NCBI GenBank assembly: GCA_003503995.1
Contig: DOCA01000090.1
Location: forward strand, 1 to 38,121
Origin: Holosporales bacterium
Lineage (GTDB): Bacteria > Pseudomonadota > Alphaproteobacteria > Caedimonadales > UBA9215
DNA: 38,121 bases
Reading direction: 5' to 3'
In this document: positions 35,327 through 38,121 of the stretch, piece by piece
How positions within the stretch are numbered: the stretch's first letter is position 1
How the letters are laid out: each line of letters starts with the position of its first letter
Notes under the pieces: model-generated
Database searches by the model: none
What the model was told of the DNA's origin: nothing
The model's input: the letters and a program-made list of their open reading frames with translations, nothing else
Translations under genes and position numbers: made by a program

Positions 35327-35389
35327 AAGGGTTCAGGCTTATATTATAAATCAACAGATTCATCATCGAACGAAATAGCCTGAACCCTT
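35327..35389. repeat. 13-bp perfect inverted repeat with a 37-nt spacer
   Basis: aagggttcaggct (35327-35339) pairs with agcctgaaccctt (35377-35389). It lies between the 34944 gene and nuc, ending 21 nt before the nuc ATG. Confidence 0.6.
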
Positions 35390-35410
35390 CTAACCGTAAA
35401 GACATTTTTC

Positions 35411-35995
35411 ATGACCAAGCTACAGAAAAGAAAGCATCGAGGTAAAGGCCTGACTTTACCTATAACCAAGACACCCCTTCTCACTCTGATAATCTTTGCC
35501 ATTGGTTTTGGAGCTGGCTACTTTTATTATGAAGATCAATTGCCCGCTGTCTTTTCTTCTGAAACCGAAGCGCCAAAAATCAACATTTGCTTTTCTCCTG
35601 AAGGGCAATGTGAAAAACTGGCCCTCTTTGCCATCAATCAAGCCAAGAAAGAAATATTGGTACAATGCTACTCCTTCACGTCAAAGCCTATCGCTAATGC
35701 TTTAATTGAAGCCTCAAGGCGCGGTGTTTCTGTGAAGGTTCTTTTTGATAGAAGCCAACTCAAAGCCCCCTACTCCCAGATCCATAACCTGACCAAATCA
35801 GGTATCAAAACGAAGGTCGATTATGTCCAAGGAATTGCCCATAACAAGGTCATTATAGTGGATCAGTCCAAGTTGATTAGTGGCAGCTATAATTTTTCAG
35901 CAGCTGCCAATACCAAGAATTCAGAAAATATGTTGGTGCGACACGAGGTCGCTGAATGGAATGTTTCTAACAAAAGAAAGGAGTTGAATGTATAG
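35411..35995 (+). CDS. nuc: PLD-superfamily endonuclease Nuc (HKD motif)
   Basis: N-terminal TM/signal, then ICFSPEGQCEKL, YSFTSKPIANALIEASRRGVSVKVLFD and HNKVIIVDQSKLISGSYNFSAAANTKNSEN. These parallel plasmid pKM101 Nuc (GFSPEG..., HDKVIIVD...GSFNFTKAAETKNSEN). Confidence 0.85.
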   Translation: MTKLQKRKHRGKGLTLPITKTPLLTLIIFAIGFGAGYFYYEDQLPAVFSSETEAPKINICFSPEGQCEKLALFAINQAKKEILVQCYSFTSKPIANALIEASRRGVSVKVLFDRSQLKAPYSQIHNLTKSGIKTKVDYVQGIAHNKVIIVDQSKLISGSYNFSAAANTKNSENMLVRHEVAEWNVSNKRKELNV

Positions 35996-36564
35996 AAAAA
36001 AAATATGAATAGTTAGAAACCAGTTGTTCCGTCAACTGTCCCCTACTTAAGCGTGCGATGAGGGCAACGTCATGGTGCGAAGCCTTAAGGACAACTGTAA
36101 CCACAACGATGTCTTGTAAAAGATATCAAACTGCCAGCCAACGGCGGTGAGGTGCATGGGATGGTGGTATGGTTAACATATGTGAATCTTCGTAACTGCC
36201 GTGATTTCTAAGGAGCGAAAGGGCTGATACGCTCTAACCAAAACGGTACCATAGCTTGGATATTGATTTAGCATTGCGATATCACGGACACATAAGCTAT
36301 CGGCAGAAAGAAGGAACCTAACCCATCAATATCTATTCAGAGAAACGTGTAAACTCTGTAGAACTCCTCTTCAAAATTGAAAAGGACAGAAAATCGTGAG
36401 GTTTTCCTATGGTTCTGCAGGGATAGGAGGTTGGAAGAAGCGAATGTCGATTTGTAATGGATCGAATACGATTTTAAATGTTACTCGGCACGAAAGTGAG
36501 CCCACGTCCAACTGGTCTTTAATCGTAAGAAGGTTTGAGGAACCGACATAATGGAGGAAAGCAA

Positions 36565-38013
36565 ATGACAACAATGGCTCTGCCAATGATTGGTGCACCT
36601 TCAGCACGCGCTTCTGCTTGGGAGGACATTCAATGGCCTTCTGTGGAAAAGCATGTAAGACGGCTTCAAATGCGTATTGCGAAGGCCATAAGGTCAGACC
36701 GTGTTGGAAAGGCTAAGGCCTTACAACGTATTCTGACACACTCGTTTTATGGTAAATGTCTTGCTGTTAGACGGGTTGTTCTTAACAAAGGAGCTAAGAC
36801 CTCTGGAGTTGATAAAGTTCTTTGGAGCTCATCGCAACTAAAGATGAAAGGCGCAATGGCGTTGAAACGGAAAGGGTACAAACCTCAACCGCTAAAACGC
36901 ATTTATATCCCAAAGAAAGGAGGTAAATTAAGACCTTTGTCTATCCCCACAATGAAGGATAGAGCGATGCAATCCTTATGGAAGATTGCTCTTGAGCCTA
37001 TTTGTGAAGAGAAGGCAGATCCAAATAGCTATGGGTTTCGACCTAAGCGGAGCACAGCCGATGCCATAAAACAATGCTTTACTGTTCTGTCATGGAAGCG
37101 GTCAGCTCCTTGGATTTTGGAAGGGGATATAAAATCTTGCTTCGATAAGATAAGCCATGACTGGCTTTTAAAGACCATTCCAATGGATAAAACGATCCTA
37201 CGGAAATTCTTAAAGGCCGGATTCATGGAAAATGGCAGTTATTTTCCAACCCTAGATGGAACACCACAAGGGGGAATTATTTCTCCAACTTTAGCCGTAA
37301 TGACTTTGAGCGGCCTTGAAGCAGAATTAAAGAAATGTTTCAAAGCAGGCTCAAAAGTTAATATTGTCTCTTACGCTGATGATTTCATCATTACAGGAAA
37401 GAATCGAGAGATGTTAAAGTCGGAGGTTCAACCTTTTGTGGAAGCCTTCCTGAATAAGAGAGGCCTTGAACTATCACTGGAGAAGACAAATATCTGTCAT
37501 ATCGATGAAGGATTTGATTTTCTAGGATTTAATATCCGAAAGTATAAAGGAACCCTTTTATGCCAACCTTCAAAGGAAAGCATTAAAAGATTCTTGACGG
37601 GTGCCCGCGAAAACATTAAATCTTTGAGAGGATGCAGTGCTGATAAATTGATATTCACCCTGAATCCCAAAATCAGAGGCTGGTGCAATTATTATCGCCA
37701 TGCTTGCTCTTCAAAAGCTTATCAATATATTGACTACCAAATTTATGAGTCTCTTGCTCAATGGATACGAAGGAAACACCCTCATAAAAGCCGCGTCTGG
37801 GCGTTTAAGAAATACTTTAAGTCAGTCGGACAACGTAATTGGGTGTTTAGCGCGCCAATAAAGGTGGATAACGAAACGAAAGTAGTCCACCTACAAAGCG
37901 CCTCGAGTACCAAAATAAAGAGACACATAAAAATAAAAGGTAAAGCTCATCCCTTTGACCCAGAATTTAATGACTATTTTAAAAGACGGATAGGGAATAA
38001 AATAAGAACATGA
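36565..38013 (+). CDS. group II intron reverse transcriptase/maturase (no HNH endonuclease domain)
   Basis: GGAGGA lies 6 nt upstream of the ATG at 36565. RT motifs: IPKKGGKLRPLSIPTMKDRAMQ, YGFRPKRSTADAI, GDIKSCFDKISH, GTPQGGIISPTLA and SYADDFIITG. Maturase X motif RGWCNYYRHA. The short C-terminus ends ..HPFDPEFNDYFKRR, with no En domain. Confidence 0.93.
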   Translation: MTTMALPMIGAPSARASAWEDIQWPSVEKHVRRLQMRIAKAIRSDRVGKAKALQRILTHSFYGKCLAVRRVVLNKGAKTSGVDKVLWSSSQLKMKGAMALKRKGYKPQPLKRIYIPKKGGKLRPLSIPTMKDRAMQSLWKIALEPICEEKADPNSYGFRPKRSTADAIKQCFTVLSWKRSAPWILEGDIKSCFDKISHDWLLKTIPMDKTILRKFLKAGFMENGSYFPTLDGTPQGGIISPTLAVMTLSGLEAELKKCFKAGSKVNIVSYADDFIITGKNREMLKSEVQPFVEAFLNKRGLELSLEKTNICHIDEGFDFLGFNIRKYKGTLLCQPSKESIKRFLTGARENIKSLRGCSADKLIFTLNPKIRGWCNYYRHACSSKAYQYIDYQIYESLAQWIRRKHPHKSRVWAFKKYFKSVGQRNWVFSAPIKVDNETKVVHLQSASSTKIKRHIKIKGKAHPFDPEFNDYFKRRIGNKIRT

Positions 38014-38045
38014 CTGGGCAGAGATAATCTGCCTTATAAAGGCTT

Positions 38046-38079
38046 GAGCGGAGTGCGGTGAAAGTCGCACGCTCCGTTC
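38046..38079 (+). ncRNA. group II intron domain V (catalytic hairpin)
   Basis: gagcggagtgcg-gtgaaag-tcgcacgctccgttc is a 34-nt hairpin with the AGC triad at the 5' end, matching the DV consensus shape. Confidence 0.85.
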
Positions 38080-38082
38080 TTA

Positions 38083-38117
38083 GGAGAGGGAAAGACAGAA
38101 ATGTCTTTCTCTTATCC
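38083..38117 (+). ncRNA. group II intron domain VI with branch-point A at 38114
   Basis: The stem 38083-38097 pairs with 38102-38117 around a GAAA tetraloop, with a single bulged A at 38114. That A lies 7 nt from the predicted 3' end (ATCCGAC). Confidence 0.75.
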
Positions 38118-38121
38118 GACT

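Larger units (their letters stand above)
36053..38120 (+). mobile_element. group II intron, complete: ribozyme domains I-VI plus an intron-encoded protein
   Basis: 5' GTGCG at 36053, followed by CAUGGUGCGAAG and CUGCCAGCCAACGG landmarks at the spacing I remember for bacterial introns. The ORF sits in domain IV. Domain V is at 38046-38079. Domain VI has a GAAA loop and a bulged A at 38114, with the intron ending ..AC at 38120. The window ends 1 nt later. Confidence 0.8.

Noticed and set aside
35936-35940. A second GTGCG inside the last codons of nuc, as an alternative 5' splice site that would make nuc an intron-interrupted gene. Supporting hints were a GCGAC/GTCGC hairpin right after it, and an 8-nt complementarity between taacatat (36174-36181) and the would-be 5' exon end atatgttg (35928-35935).
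   Set aside because: The conserved domain-I landmarks (CAUGGUGCGAAG, CUGCCAGCCAACGG) sit at the expected distance from 36053, not from 35936. The putative EBS1 would lie too early in domain I. The nuc tail RHEVAEW... still resembles the ..(E/D).(I/L)A..Y region that follows the NSEN motif in Nuc homologs. One 8-mer match with a wobble in an AT-rich region is not rare. A covariance-model scan or RT-PCR would settle it.
35996-36003. Homopolymer runs as possible phase-variable switches: A8 after the nuc stop, T8 at 22-29, a U-rich loop at 1103-1115 and A7 at 8753-8759.
   Set aside because: The runs are short and mostly non-coding. Nothing suggests frameshifted genes on either side.
1-38121. Search for CRISPR arrays, tRNA or rRNA genes, integrase or attachment sites, and replication iterons.
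   Set aside because: I noticed no regularly spaced direct repeats, no tRNA-like T-arm (GGTTCGAAT-type) motifs, no tyrosine integrase and no iteron array. Absence by eye is not proof; tRNAscan, CRISPR-array detection (CRISPRCasFinder/minced) and repeat finders should confirm.

Overview
This window is mostly a conjugative-transfer locus from a plasmid or integrative conjugative element, roughly 40% GC by eye. No rRNA, tRNA or CRISPR array was seen.

**Layout**
- **1131-12481 (+):** a tightly packed, translationally coupled operon. It opens with an unusual accessory module: a secreted protein, a motif-degenerate TraC/VirB4 paralog, a DUF3310-like protein, a second secreted protein and a secreted paralog of the TraB/VirB10 C-terminal domain. 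It continues as F-type traL-traE-traK-(pilin-like)-traB-traV-traC-traW-(small membrane ORF)-traU.
- **12496-12997 (-):** a RelE/RHH toxin-antitoxin pair inserted antisense in the operon.
- **13053-23337:** trbC-traN-traF-traH-traG, then a reverse-oriented 4-TM protein, the coupling protein traD and a 191-aa ORF.
- **23331-27832:** an accessory patch. It holds a Tn3-family transposase C-terminal remnant with a GGGGTC-type terminal repeat, three AT-rich minus-strand genes of unknown function, and a serine resolvase with res-like TGTCC inverted repeats.
- **27833-34325:** a Ti/MobQ-type DNA-processing module. It has a 1887-aa TraA (MobA/MobL relaxase, RecD-like helicase and Toprim/primase-like domain), a candidate oriT, and divergent small traC/traD(Ti)-like genes.
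- **34357-38120:** small cargo genes (an XRE-type HTH and two hypotheticals), a PLD-family Nuc endonuclease, and a complete group II intron that ends 1 nt before the window edge.

The F-type mating-pair genes combined with Ti-type DNA-processing genes recall the elements described in Rickettsiales (RAGE) and environmental Chlamydiae. The host cannot be determined from the sequence alone.
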